Assembly (NCBI RefSeq): GCF_006345805.1
Contig: NC_043000.1
Location: forward strand, 52,700,001-52,764,000
Direction of reading: 5' to 3'
Source: Octopus sinensis
Lineage: Eukaryota
Length of the DNA: 64,000 nucleotides
Shown: one piece after another, positions 15,272 to 29,720 of the stretch
Numbering within the stretch: the stretch's first letter is position 1
Layout: each line of letters opens with the position of its first letter
Program-made: the position numbers and the translations under genes
The notes under the pieces: model-generated
Database searches by the model: none
What the model saw: only the letters and a program-made list of their open reading frames with translations
What the model was told of the DNA's origin: nothing

Positions 15272-15594
15272 TATTGTGGTATTCCAGGATGGTCCTTTTT
15301 TTGCCAAATAAACACACGCACTATATATTCGTTCTTCACTCGTTCATTACGGTTCTTATTCTAACTCATGTCCATTGTCCGGAGATCGTTTGTCACACAT
15401 CTGTTACCTCTTCAGCGACACTTTCCGTGACACACGAAGACGGAAATTGTCGCTGAAGAGGTCACAGACACGTGACAAATGATTTGCAGCCAATGAGTTA
15501 AAATATGAACATTTATAAACGAGTGAAGAACTAATATATAGTGCGTGTGCTTATTCCGCAAAAAAGAAAATGACCATCCCATAATACAACAATA
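15272..15594. repeat. Imperfect ~320-bp fold-back (arms ~155 bp, 11-nt loop) carrying hammerhead relics
   Basis: 15272-15428 is the reverse complement of 15440-15594 with scattered mismatches. CTGAAGA-GGTCAC...GTGAC at 15453 (+), with its mirror on the minus strand. Confidence 0.85.
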
Positions 15595-15643
15595 CAAATA
15601 CACACACATACACACACTCACACACACACACAAACACACACAT

Positions 15644-15677
<34 letters not shown>

Positions 15678-15990
15678 CACACACACATATATATCTGTAT
15701 AATAAGATGAGAAAATAGAGGGGCAATTAATAAATTATTATTCAACGTTAAAGGTTTGCATGCACTTACTCAACATGCAAGAATTGAACACCTAATTTGT
15801 ATATCTTTATCTTATTCTAAAGAGATAGAGATTCTGAAGAGATTCAACGTTCAAATAATTTTAAATTTAATTAATTAATTTTCTGAAAGCCTGCAATAAA
15901 GGATGTTTGTCAATTTTTTTATTCATAAATAATAATTTAGTAATTACCTCTCTAGTTTCTCCTGTTATTATTATACTCTGTACACTTAAA

Positions 15991-16217
15991 CTCTTTTACT
16001 CGTTTCAGTCATTTGACTGCGGCCATGCAGGAGCATCGCCTTTAGTCGAGCAAATCATACCTAGGAATTATTCTTTGTAAGCCTAGTACTTGTTCTATCG
16101 GTACTTTTTGCCGAACCGCTAAGTCACGGGGAAGTAAACAATATATGTTGGTTCATATGTTTGTGTGTCTGTGTTATTTCCCCCAACATCGCTTGACAAC
16201 CGATGTTTGTGTGTTTA

Positions 16218-16307
<90 letters not shown>

Positions 16308-16447
16308 CCACCAAATCCACTCACAACATTTTGGTCGGCCTGAGGCTATAGTTGAAGACACTTGCCCAAGTTGACACGCAGTGAGACTGAACCCGGGGCC
16401 ATTTGGTTCGTAAGCAAGCTACTTACCGCACATCCACTCCTGCGCCT
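15991..16447 (-). mobile_element. tRNA-derived SINE (abundant octopus-type family) with an internal inversion
   Basis: The minus strand begins with a tRNA-like head (GGCGCAGGAGTGG...GTTCAGTCTCAC), has a CORE-like TTGGGCAAGTGTCTTC and ends CAGTCAAATGACTGAAACGAGTAAAAGAG. 16141-16219 is flipped. The family assignment is from recognition, not a search. Confidence 0.85.
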
Positions 16448-19400
16448 ATATATAAACTTATATAAACCACGTTTGATATAGTTACCTAGCAGTTGAGTAC
16501 TAAATGTAATGTTCAATATTCTTTGTATAGGTAACTAACCAGTACTTTCATAGGATTTTCCTATCTCTAAATGAGGTTTGTAACTTTTAATTGTGCTTCT
16601 GTTATATATATTTATGTAGAAGATTGAAAAGGAACACACGAGTTGATATATATAAGGAAAATAAGACAAATGCCCATGAAGAACATTTTCGTACCAGTTT
16701 CAGGCTTTGCGACTTTTTCAACTGAGAGTAAAGCATAAAAGCAATTAAATTGTGTAAGAGAGACAGAAAGAGACAGAGAAAAAGAAAATACACCTTGCAT
16801 TTGAAGACTATGGAAATAGTCCATGCCTAACGTTCGAGAAACCTATGTGTTGAAATGAATGAGGTTATCATTTAACCGAACTATTTCCATGCCTCTTCTG
16901 ATACGGACCAATAGTACTTACTCTTTGACAGATTTTAAGGCCTTGCTAGAATAAAGTTGATTAAATAGCTCCAAGAATTCAGGTGAATGTAACTCTTTTC
17001 AGATTCTTAAATCTAATTATAGAATTCATTGAAGGAATTCAATATTGGGTCAATATTTGAAATATTGCAGAAGAAACCCTAACCACTACCAACATGTATA
17101 TAGCACTGGATTAGCTCCGAATTATTCGCTGAAGTTCATTTCCTACGAGAGTGTAAATGACAGAGAGGATTTAAAGGAAGCGAACCAGAATCATAAATCT
17201 AGGTTCACTATAAACAGAAAACATCCTCGATTCAATTAAAGTTGCACTTGACGAAGAAGACACTACAATCTCACGTTATTTTCACACCTGCACACTTGAG
17301 CAATCCCCATAATAAGAACACTCAGTCTGTCGTTGGACAGAATGGAGGAAAGTTGAAGGTAAGAGTAAGTACATGGTATTCGTCTTCATATCATCGAACC
17401 CTGGATAATGAAGAAGATCCACGATCATTTTGATGGTAATTTGAAGTCTCAAAAGATCTCATAGCGTGATGACAAGATCGAAAAGATGGTTTAGGGACTC
17501 TTAACACTTTTTTCTATCATTGGTTGATGCAAAAGAGGCATTGTACCCCTCTGCTATTGGGATAAAGGACAGGACATATTGGATGACATGCCTGGGAGAC
17601 GCTGGCACTACAATGAAGAACAAAGACTAATATAGTACATTTACTTAATAAATAGAGACGCCGCTTGTAAAAGAAGACGCGTTCGTGTATTCTTACAGCT
17701 TGCTCGAGTAATAAAGCGTGCCTAAACAGTGTTGTATCTTTAACGTTGTCTATAGATTTATAGACAACGTCATATGTACACAGACGAATGTAAACACTAT
17801 TTCTGTTTGTATTTCTATAAACGAGCACAAAGTCAGTATCGGCGTATGCATACAATGTTGGATAAAAAGATATTGATATCCAAACATATGTGATGCTGCA
17901 GAATAGAGCATAGGGATAAAACCCAGTTAACGCATCACTAATTTATGAATGCGAAATGTTTGTGTAATACTTAAGATATCAACAAAATACAATTGCGTAT
18001 ATTGGGATCCTACAATATTTTCAATATATACTGAAAGTAAAATTCAGCCTAGAGTATAGAAATTTTCAATTGAATTTATCGGTGAAGAAACGCACAATTC
18101 GCTATTGACCGCCGCTTCAAGAAATCCAGAGGAGACATAAAGCCTGTCTGCAGTCACATAACCTTTAAAAAGTACAGTTTATAAAAGTAAAGTATCCAAC
18201 CGCATACAGCGGTTGGATACATGGTTGTGACGAGGACTCCTAGCTGGCAACCACAATGCGAAATATGCATGGAAACAGATGTAATAATTCGCATGCATGT
18301 AAATATATATGTATATATATATGCATGCATATATGCACATCCAAACGCATTGCATTTATCATTGTGTATACTAGTTGTATATTTTGCTAAGTAATATATC
18401 TCTATAAAGTAAAATAACTGGGTATTGAAATATTGTCTGTATCTTAAAATCTTCATTTTACTTTAAGTAGAAAACTGGCTGAAACCAGATCGAAAATTAT
18501 AACGTGTAATACCAATATCATCGCATTCGAAATAATGAATATAAAAACCACCTACTATACATTATCGAAAATGAGAGAACTTCCGTGCATGTAAAATTTT
18601 ATTACAAAATAACAAATTGAAGATGGTTATAATGAAAATTTGTTAATTTCAATGTGACGACCTTGCTCGAGAATAATAGTAAAATCTTTTCGACTTAGCA
18701 CGAATATCGAAAATAATTCATCTAGTTCATCCTTGTTTATCACGAACACCGAGATAAATTGATTTTTCTTGAGCAGATATTATTTATTGTGAATTTAATT
18801 TAATCTATATTGGTTGGAGTATATAGCATGAAGAATTGTCTTCATGTTATAGATGAATGAATGCAGAGAGACCGTTTAATTGATAGACTTATTCAAATAC
18901 TTATATCTACGTACATATAAGTTTTCACGCAAACACAAGCAAGCATATATATATATATATATATTTATATGAGCAGATACATGTGTATGTACATGTATAC
19001 AAATATGTATTTCTCTCCCACTCTTGTTTCTACTTGTTTCTCTATCAATTTCTCTGTGTGTGTGTATGTGTGCGGGTACATGCGTGTGTAGTTATTCGGG
19101 TGCTGCTTCATATGGTTAGTCGGTTTAACGATTACTCTATTTGTTTAGGACGATATTGCTGTTCATAATAGAAGAATATTTTAACTTGCGATACCATCTA
19201 GACATTATTTCATTGGTTAATGCTGGTCATGCCAGTCTCACACAAAGAACAGCAGTTCTCCAATGCAAAACAGTTCACAACTATATAATGTACAAATTTC
19301 TTCTCAAAGCAAATCATAAATTCAATGAATTTTAATCTATTCTTAGTTTTGTGTGTCCAAATGTCTTGTAACCTTACTCATGGATTGTAGGTGGAAATTC

Positions 19401-19472
19401 GTATATATGCATGCGGTGTGAATATACATACATATATATGTATGTATGTACATGTACATCTCTTTCTCTCTC

Positions 19473-19479
<7 letters not shown>

Positions 19480-19563
<84 letters not shown>

Positions 19564-19708
19564 TATATATATATGCGTGATGTTGTATGTGCGTGTGCCT
19601 TTATATACATATAAATATATATATATATATAGAGAGAGGGGTGAGGGAGAGAGTGTGAGTGCGTGTGTGCGAGGGAGAACGGGAGAGAGAGATGAAGAGA
19701 GTGATATG

Positions 19709-19747
<39 letters not shown>

Positions 19748-19760
19748 AGAGAGAGAGAGA
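19480..19760. repeat. Compound (TA)n / (GA)n microsatellite block
   Basis: Direct reading. Confidence 0.95.
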
Positions 19761-22332
19761 TAATCGATTGGAAAAGTTGCGTGAGAATACCTGCAAGAAA
19801 TACATACAACATACGTATGATGCAATTTTATTTTCCTAACTATTCTGCAGTTTAGTGATTCTCAGACAAGCAAAACTGAATAAAACTTCGTTTGCATCGA
19901 ACGATACGACATGATATAGCTGAAATTGGTAAATGCTATTCATCAATACTTTCAAACAAATCTACTGCAGACCACACTCTCCACCAGGGTATGGAAATAT
20001 ACGTACATACAGATACATGCGTGCATACATGCAAGTACATAGACAGAAACACACACACACGTATGTATATTAATATTATACACATACATACATACATACA
20101 TACATGCATACATACATACATATATAGTATCTATTTAGCACTTTTATTGCATTGCCTCATCAGTTTTCTGTAATATTCGACATATAATATGGGATTTAAT
20201 ATTACAGAATTTGAAGCTTTCTTGATATAGTCTGAACAGGGCTCTAGGTGTCACAATTACTTAGCACTGTTACAAAACGTACCATATAGATCTGGCTTGG
20301 AATTCTATATTTTGCTTAAATCAGAAGATTTGCCGGCCAAGAGAAGAAATAACTAACTTTCTTTATAGAATACAATTACATTGAGATAAATTGCAAATAA
20401 GGCAAACCATAAAAAGAGTTTGCATCCGGAACCACCGGCGTTTAAAGAGATGCAAATCCGCTTCCTTTTCCGGCCAAGCTTCTCGAAATTGGCATCAAAA
20501 TCAATGTTACTGGCAATATGAAAATGGTGGACGTAGTAGGGTAAAGCCATGGGTAGGCTTCTAGAGAGTGAAAATTAGTATGTGTGTTCAGTAATAACAC
20601 TTATCAAAGAAAAGCAACATGAATGAATGTTGTAATAAATCTCAAGCAAAGTGGTTTGTGACCGTTTTTACAACATGCCTTTTTGAAATCAAACAATGAC
20701 TGGACATTTAGATTGTTGCAAGTATACATACATGTATATATGTTATTTTTAAATGTGCAAGACACACAATGTATGTGCACACACATACACAAAGATATAT
20801 ATATATATATACGTATGTATATATGTATATATGTATTACACACTAAATCTGCAACTAAATTTTACTGCGAGTTTCATTTTCCTCATCTCCGCCCTAAGTT
20901 GGTGTATCTATGTATATCTGCTCAGTGTCTTTGGCTCTGTATTTTGTTCAGATACGGATGGACATCAAGCAAAATATATTAATTAGAGAGGGAATGAATA
21001 CCCTATTTCATAGAAAAAATATTTCCTCTCACTATCTTCCTACACACATAAGAGCACACAACACAGAGAGACAGGCAAACACGTGAGGGCGTCCCCCTCA
21101 CATACTGAAACACACGCACACACTGAAACACACGCATACATACACAAGTATAATTACTAAAATAATTCTAGCAATTAAACGGTCTCGCTGCATTTATTCA
21201 CTCCTTCCTTCACCGAGGGACATAGATATTCACAGATCACATATTAATTGACGCACATATATATAGGAATGTTAAATATGAACTTACACTGTATTTATCT
21301 CTGTCTGTCGCTGAAGGATAGGTCGAAGGTTGTAGTTATTGCCTCTAGTTTAACAGGCGGAGAGAACTTAAGTTATTTCTAGATAAATATGATGTTATTG
21401 TATGCGAGTGAAAATCTACTTAATATTACTTAGCTTGTTTACCCTTTGTATATCTTAGTGGCATAGTTTTAGAAAATTGCATGTCAATATCTTCTATTTT
21501 GCTTACTTTCTCAATTTTGTATGATGATACTTGCATTATGACATATTTAAGTATTTCGAGAATATACATTTACCTGTAAATACCACATATTATACAAACT
21601 TTTCATTGGTTAATTCATTTCTTGTGTTAAAATCCCGTATACACATGTAATGTTTCTGTGAGACTACTTAGCATTGTTTATCAATTTCATTGTGATCAAT
21701 ATATTGTAATTTGACAATTTGTAGATTTTATAGTTCAATACTTCCTAACTTTAATTTACTTCTAATATGTGCAATAGGATCTGTTTAATGCCACCAATTG
21801 CTAAATTTTTATGTTTATTGTTTAAATACAGAAGCAAATTTTTTTCACCATCTTTCATTGGAAGGTAAAACATTACATATGTGATTTATCCTGTTCCCCA
21901 TTATGAGGAGAGTCATGAGGATATGTTTAATTACTGCATGTAAAAAGGGGTGGATGTGATATAAATAGGCTTTCCACTCAATACCTTGCATTATAAGATA
22001 CTTGTATTTCATATTGATTTTATCAGTCCATTTTGAACAGGTATATATCTTCATATATTCATGTTTGCCTAACGTACTTTTTATTAATAACAGTTATTAA
22101 TCGACTGTTGCTACGGAAAAAAAATACAGGCTCTTTTAAACTACTTGTCGAAGGTACATGGCATGGATCGTATAAACCTACCCTATGACATTACTATCAT
22201 CGCTCAATTTCTAAATTTAGCGCGGAGCTTAAAATCATTTCGTATCGCAATCATTATTACCAACGAATTTAGCTAGTTACTTATCAAAACTGTGTTTACA
22301 GTATGATCTCTCACTCATTGGAAGATGATCAT

Positions 22333-22497
22333 GAAAGGCACAGACGTGGCCATATAAGTGGTTTGCTTCCTCAAAATTTGGTTCAATGTTCAGTCCTACT
22401 GCATGGCATATTGGGAAAGTGTCTCTTACTCGAGACACGAGTCGATCAAAGTCATGTGAATGGAATTGGTTGACGGAAACTGAATGAAACCCTCATA
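22333..22497 (+). mobile_element. Degraded 5' half of the same tRNA-derived SINE
   Basis: ggcacagacgtggc...ttcagtcctactgcatggcatattgggaaagtgtc...gacggaaactgaatgaaacc, followed by (TA)n. Confidence 0.7.
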
Positions 22498-22507
22498 TAT
22501 ATATATC

Positions 22508-22555
<48 letters not shown>

Positions 22556-24896
22556 CCTGTGATAATGACATATATATATATATATAGATATATATATATA
22601 TATATATCTATATATATATATATCCTGTGGTTATAATTCACTGCATCACTTATGGATACAATGAATACTTAAATTAGACTATCCAAAAGTTTTTTATTTC
22701 GTGTCAACTCAGTTCTATATATACTATAAATAGCAAGGCATGTGGCAAGAAGAAATCTAAAATATGTATTTCACATTTTGATACACTGACAGCAATTTCA
22801 AGGAGAGGTTAGGTCAATTACATCAATATCAGGGCTCATCTGGTATTTATTTTATCAACCCCGAAACGATGAAAAGCAAATCCTCACGGTGGAATTTAAA
22901 TTTATTTGCCTGGTGCAGTAACGATTTCGCCAGCTTGCCACCCTGAATCGGTAACATTAATATTAATTGTCCAAAATGTTGCATTATTAATAGTGCTGTA
23001 TCTCGTTTTATTCGGGCAGTAAACATTCTCATTATTGGTGATATTAATTCATATTTATCTTTTTTGACATTCTTTTCAGCCATCAACTTTCTCATTTCAA
23101 GTCTTATTAAATAATTTTGATAAAAATTTAAGGATAGTTGCCTCTAATTCTCTAGACATTTTATTCCTCTAGACATTTTATTCTTTTTCCTGCAAATTCA
23201 AATTTATTTATCAATTACCTGTAAATTATGTTATCAATTACTTTTAATTCGGTGTATTAGTGATGTTGTTCAAGAGTCGGTGCAAGTCACTTTTATTATT
23301 TATACCGACTCTGTTTGCTGTAGAATCAAATTGTATCATCACTGGTTTTGCCTTCAAAGGGATATAGTTAAGACTTAATTAGTCCAAAAAGTGGATTGGC
23401 AGAAATGTTATAGCGATGAACGTCATATTATTATTTTGGTAGATTTCCTCCTTCGCTTTTTCTTAGATCAACACTTTGTGCTGGGGTGCCTCTAGCAGTA
23501 TGTATTCTGCTGCAAACATTCAAACTATATCATCCCGTTAATCAAAACTACCAGCCTTTCATCATACCAACGTCAGAGGCTCGGAAATATATATGTGGAT
23601 GATGAGCACTGTTCTTACATCATGACTAAATGGTAACAACGAATGTTAAAAATCGTTAGTCAATTTAGTCCGTGTGCTAGAAAAAACGTTCATTTGACAT
23701 ATTTGTTGATACTGTATAATTATCACAAGAAAGAATAAAATTGAAATACAAATAAACGGCATTGAAATTTAAATTTTGTTGTATTCAAACTTTTAGAATA
23801 GGAAATAGAAACAATACGGCATTATACTCTTGCAACTGATACACGATATTTCTTTTAATGAAGTGATAATTTTCTGCAAATGAGCATAGTACATCCATTT
23901 TTAATTTTCTAGTCCGTTGCGTATATCTGCTGAAAATCTTTGATATTGTAATATTAAGAATCCGTTTCAATACATAAATTCGATTTTATGATTTTGAACG
24001 AAGCAATGTAGTTTCAATTGTTCAAGATATAGTGGCGACCATCACTTTTCTACATGGATATTGTAGGATCCTAAGACTGTATTATAGTACACAATTTTTT
24101 TTTAAATAAAGCCTTAAGTGATATTGAAAATCATTACTACAGTAAAACAGGTTAACTCTTTCTTTATTGAATACAGGAACTTATATCTATCATGGATTGA
24201 TACATTTCAACATCAGATGCATAACCTCACCTGCTGATGGATGACATCGATTAGATTATAACCTTCACTTGCGCTAAAAGAATCACTGATTTCAGTGCTT
24301 TGAAGTAATGCCTTATCGTAACCAAGCTCCCAATCTGATTATGCTTTTGCATTTGGTCTGTACATATGTACGCTCACATCGCATTTAATCTCTGCGATTC
24401 GGGAATGAATATATAATACAATGTTACACAAAACCGACCAATACCAAACTGAGCCTAGTGTTTAAAGTCATAATATATAACCCAGAAGTATTCACATAGT
24501 AATTTTTGAGCAACGGTATTGTAATTTCATTATATAAGATTTCCAACTTTATCTTGTAATGTTTGAAACTACATAGTGAAACCAATTAGATGATTACAAC
24601 TTTCGATTATACATTCACTTATCAACTAATGTAACATTTGACCGTTATTTTATTTAAACTAATAAAACTTTAGACGGTAACTAATTTAAATAAGTTAGCA
24701 AATGACAAATATTTCTTCTTATAGGAAAATGTCTGTGACAATGGATATGCAATATGCTACATCTATTTATACATACTTTGAAAGGAATAGAATTTAATTT
24801 CAATGCATAGTTCCTAGAACTGAAAATTTGATGTGTTCATTCAGACACGATTGCTATATAAGCACATCTGTGTAAGTGGGTGTGAATGTATGCACG

Positions 24897-24899
<3 letters not shown>

Positions 24900-24931
<32 letters not shown>

Positions 24932-24954
24932 CTCTATCTATCTATCTATCTATC

Positions 24955-24990
<36 letters not shown>

Positions 24991-25018
24991 ATATATATCA
25001 GTATGCAGACATATACAT

Positions 25019-25050
<32 letters not shown>

Positions 25051-25120
25051 TATATATATGTATATATATATACATAAACATATACATATATACATATATA
25101 TATTATATATATATGCATGC

Positions 25121-25160
<40 letters not shown>

Positions 25161-25642
25161 TATATATATATATATACATACAGAAAGAGAGAAAGAGAGA
25201 TAGTGTGTGTGAGAGAGATTTACTTTCATCGTAACAGTTTGAATTATACTATATTAAAAATTTGAGGAATTGAAATTTCCAGGATTTGTCCTCGGGTACC
25301 TATATACTTCTTACTTTCCTCCATATTTAATATCTCGTATGGCATTTAATTTCTGTTAGAATCTATCTTCAATTATAGGCATACATTATTGTGCAACTGA
25401 ATGCAATCGTCCTTCGGAATACACGAACAAGATACACATGTTCATATAAGCCTGCACACATACGTATGATTCTATATGAATGTGTATATGTCCATGTATA
25501 TGTATGCTCCCAAAGACACATATATACACACACATATATATAGATGCATACACAGGCGCATACACATACATATGTCTACATACCTTTCTTTTTCTCTCAC
25601 TCTCTTTCTCTCTCTCACCCTATATATATGTATGTATGCATG

Positions 25643-25679
<37 letters not shown>

Positions 25680-25707
25680 TATATATACATATATACATAT
25701 ATATATA

Positions 25708-25747
<40 letters not shown>

Positions 25748-26266
25748 TATATATATATAATATATATATATATATTTCTATGCACAAGTGTGTGAATAGT
25801 AAACACTTCGCTATGTGTATGTGTGTATGTTTGTGTGTATGTTAGTGTATGTATGTGTGTGTATGTGTGTGCCTGTTTGTGTGTATATATTTGTTTGTCT
25901 GTGTGTCTATATTTATGCACACACATACATATAGGAACGTACATCAATGCAGAGTTTGCTCTGCTTCTGCATGAATAACCATTTATTTTGAGTGGAAACA
26001 TGTTAAACGATTCAAGGAACTGTAGCGTATATGTTGGGGTGCTTGTGCTGTCTATATATGTGGATATAAAAGATTCCACACTGTGTATATGCAATACTGT
26101 TCTAAGAATAAATTTCTTTCAAAATTTCGAATTGCAAAAGACTTTAATTAGCAATTCGAGGAATATTTTGGAATTCAGAGTGTAACAAGTACTAAGTTGG
26201 AAATTTATGTAATATTTCTGGCTACATATATATTTATATATACATACGTGCATATTTATATATACA

Positions 26267-26345
<79 letters not shown>

Positions 26346-26351
26346 GCATAT

Positions 26352-26419
<68 letters not shown>

Positions 26420-26428
26420 ATTATATAT

Positions 26429-26459
<31 letters not shown>

Positions 26460-26501
26460 ATATATATATATATATATAATATATATATATTATATATATA
26501 T

Positions 26502-26545
<44 letters not shown>

Positions 26546-26550
26546 TATAT

Positions 26551-26582
<32 letters not shown>

Positions 26583-26620
26583 CATATAGGTATCTATATC
26601 TATATTTATGTCTATATATA
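24900..26620. repeat. Large compound microsatellite region (TATC, CA, TG and very long interrupted TA tracts)
   Basis: Direct reading; TA-dominated tracts at ~24955-25180, 25620-25780 and 26230-26620. Confidence 0.9.
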
Positions 26621-26934
26621 TGTGTGTGTGTATGTACAGAGGGAGAAATAGAGCGCGAAAGAAGAGAGAGATGAGAGAGAGAGAGAGAGAGAGAGGGATA
26701 TGTCATCCAATTTTAGTGATTACTTTTGGGAAATTACTTGCAGCGAAATTTTAGTCATTATGATACCTTCATTTTCGAAGTTTTACGTCGTATATTTCAG
26801 GTCTGAAAGAATAATAAAACTTAATTTAAAACCAAAGTCTAAATCAATTTCGCTAAAAACGGCTGCTGAGGAGGTGGAGTTGCGACCATATGAGTCCTTG
26901 TTCTATCCAACTACTTGCTATTTTGAGCAAGTGC

Positions 26935-26983
<49 letters not shown>

Positions 26984-28887
26984 CTATATATATATATAGA
27001 TAGAGTTAGATAGATATAAATAACAAATAGCTTATAACCTATATTATTTACATGCTTTTAAGTTACGAAACAATTTGTCGTGATACTAGAATTTTCTTAA
27101 TGTTAAATAAAATTTCATGAAAATATAGCTCTGTCATTTATGACTCTACACACTCTTTACCAGGTCTAGTTTGATGTGCTTTCTTCTATTTGCCATCAAA
27201 CAGCAAAGTGACCTCATTTCATATAGGGAACTTGTACCATATGGAGTGATAGCAAAGTGGCATTGTCCATATCTAACTTAGTAGAAATATTTACTGATAT
27301 TTTGGTAACATTAACCTGTTCTTGAACTGAAAGAAATCATCGCAAAAACAAACAAGTTTTTGTTTGTAAGAACGTCACTAGTTTGCTGGGTGATTTCGCC
27401 CCGCATCTTTATCTAACTCTATTCAGGCTGTGTTTCGAGAAAGTTAATGCCGTTCTTCTCTATACTATTAAGTATTTTCTAACAACATACATCATCACTG
27501 CCCTTCAAAATATTGTTCAGCACTTTGAATCAAGGTACTTTACCGCTGCACTCAATAAAGCTATTCTTGTGTATGTCTTTGTTGTGTATATTGTTTTAAC
27601 ATACTCATTTTCTTTGGTCATGAGCATGTTGTTCTAGCGCTTGTTTACATCAATTTTCCATATCAGTTTCTGTCACCCCGTTTCGTATATTATTGTATCT
27701 TTCTTGTTTCCCCGTGAGAGATCATATGTTTTTCTTCCATATTTGGTCATTTCTTGAAACAAAAAGCAAAAGGAAGATAATTGAAGAATATGTTATGAGA
27801 TATAGAAAAATAATGAAAGCTAAGTTTTTATTGTATACTATTCCATACAATGTGTTTTTCTACAAATATTCTATTTAATAAAGTGAATAGTAATTAAATT
27901 CTTATTACATATTCTAAAATTTAAATTATAATTAATAAATGACATATGCGTGATACATAAATATTTTGACATCACACATATCAAATTATGCTTTTTTTCA
28001 TATTTTATTGCATCATTGTTATAAATGTATATATATCTAAAGTAAAACATGCATATTACTATATAATTCAATTTATTATAACTTTCTTTATAACAGAATA
28101 TTTCTTTAACATTTTTCTGTTAATAGTTAACGAACAATATGGAAGTTGCAATGAGAAAATTGAATAAATTCCCTGTGATCTAGATCCATTTCTCCACTAG
28201 TTAATTAACAAAGCCATTTAAGCAGAGGACAGAAGACCATGCACTATTTGCTCGAACTGTATATACTCAGACTTGAAACGCCGGTGTGGTCTTTTATTTT
28301 ATCTTTCATAATTTCAGGGTCGATAATTATCTAGATTGATGGGTTGATGAGACTGAGAAAACAATGGAGCATATTCCAGTCGTTATTAGTTCCATTTCTA
28401 TGTCTTCTGTGTTACAATCTCGTCGCAGTAGTAGTAGCAGCAGTACATCATCATCACCATCAGCAACGACAGTAGCAGGGCCAGCACCGACCGCAGTAGC
28501 CTCCAAATTATCAGCATCAATAGGAACAAAAACAAGGCTTCTTTTACTGGAACAGTTTCCATTACAATACTTTGCTTGATTTATATAAAGTAAAACTTAC
28601 ACTCGCTCCTAAGATACAAACAGCAGCTGTCAAAAGCACTGTTATATATTGCTGCATAAGTTTAAAGAAGTCGTTACATTTAGATGGCTACTAAATCTCA
28701 AGTAGACAGGGGCCGTTCGCGATATATAGAATATAAGTGTTTTCGGGCTAAATTTGAGAACGATCTTTCCATGATATTTCTTTTCTTCAAGAAAGGTTGA
28801 TGTATCTGAGGAACAGTCAACATAGAGATTGAAGTTGTGGTTGTGAAAAAGTTACCTGAGATAGAAACATTCAAGTATATTCTTTTC

Positions 28888-29215
28888 TGCTCTAAGCACA
28901 GGCCTCGAAATTTTGGGGGAGGTGGCCAGTCGATTACATCGACCCTAGTACGCAAGTGCTACTCAATTTATCGACCTCGAAAGGATGATAGGCGAAGTCG
29001 ATCTCGTTGGAATTTGAACTCAGTACGTAAAGACAGAAGAAATACCTACTTCTTTACTACCAAAAGGATTAAGTCGATTATATCGACCCCAGTGCGTAAC
29101 TGGTACTTATTTAATCGACCCCGAAAGGATGAAAGGAAAAGTCGACTTAGGTAGAATTTGAGCTCAGAACGTAGCGGCAGACGAAATAACGCTAAGAATT
29201 TTGCCAGCTCGCCAC
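28888..29215 (+). mobile_element. Tandem dimer of a second SINE-like repeat family
   Basis: Two diverged units share GTCGATTAyATCGACCCyAGT...ATCGACCyCGAAAGGATGA...AAGTCGA...GAATTTGArCTCAG (starting ~28928 and ~29071). A degraded relative lies at ~2825-2915. Confidence 0.7.
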
Positions 29216-29299
29216 TTTCAGCTATCTCTATATTCAAAAAGAGTTACCTGCATCATCATGATTAACGCCTGTTATCAAAATAAGGACATCATGATGCTC

Positions 29300-29720
29300 T
29301 GTAAGACGTGATACGGACATCATGAACATCAAGTTCCCTCAAAATATGAACGTGTCTTCAGTGAGTGGGACGTGATCCAATCCTACACCCATGAGCAAGA
29401 CCTTAGGCGTAATTCAGTCGTCTATGTGAAAGTACTCGAGATTGGTCAAACGCTGGCTGTAGAGAATTGCTGGTGGAATAAATTAGTGTTGCAGCAGGGG
29501 TCAGCATTTGCCATACCCTGAAGAGATTTTGAAGTGGTTTTCTAAGAATTTATACGCCTTCCGCAGCCGCAATTTCTGGCCTCCTGATTCTCTTCTAGAC
29601 TATCATCCCGTAGGTGCAGGACACGGTGAATGTTTCGGATCCGTTGTGAGACATTGGTGGAAGCCGCGAGTAGCTACGTTGTGGGAATGCATTTTCCAGT
29701 CATATTTTAATTGATACGTA
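29300..29720 (+). mobile_element. maT/DD37D-like transposase relic, same group as 230-1140
   Basis: Translates to VKRWL*RIAGG, LQQGSA and KWFSKNLYAFRSRNFWPPDS. Confidence 0.6.

Noticed and set aside
16380-16447. tRNA-like sequence (also 47930-47992 and 59320-59362)
   Set aside because: These are SINE heads; no intact cloverleaf could be built.
20353-20550. GC-richer patch with a 65-aa minus-strand ORF
   Set aside because: No recognisable domain or convincing splice-site pair.
23141-23185. Short ~17-bp tandem duplication CTCTAGACATTTTATTC
   Set aside because: Ordinary slippage duplication with no further structure.
26230-26620. Recurring TATAATATA interruptions in long TA tracts as a possible higher-order code
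   Set aside because: Single-base slips are expected from replication slippage or sequencing/consensus error; no regular period is evident.
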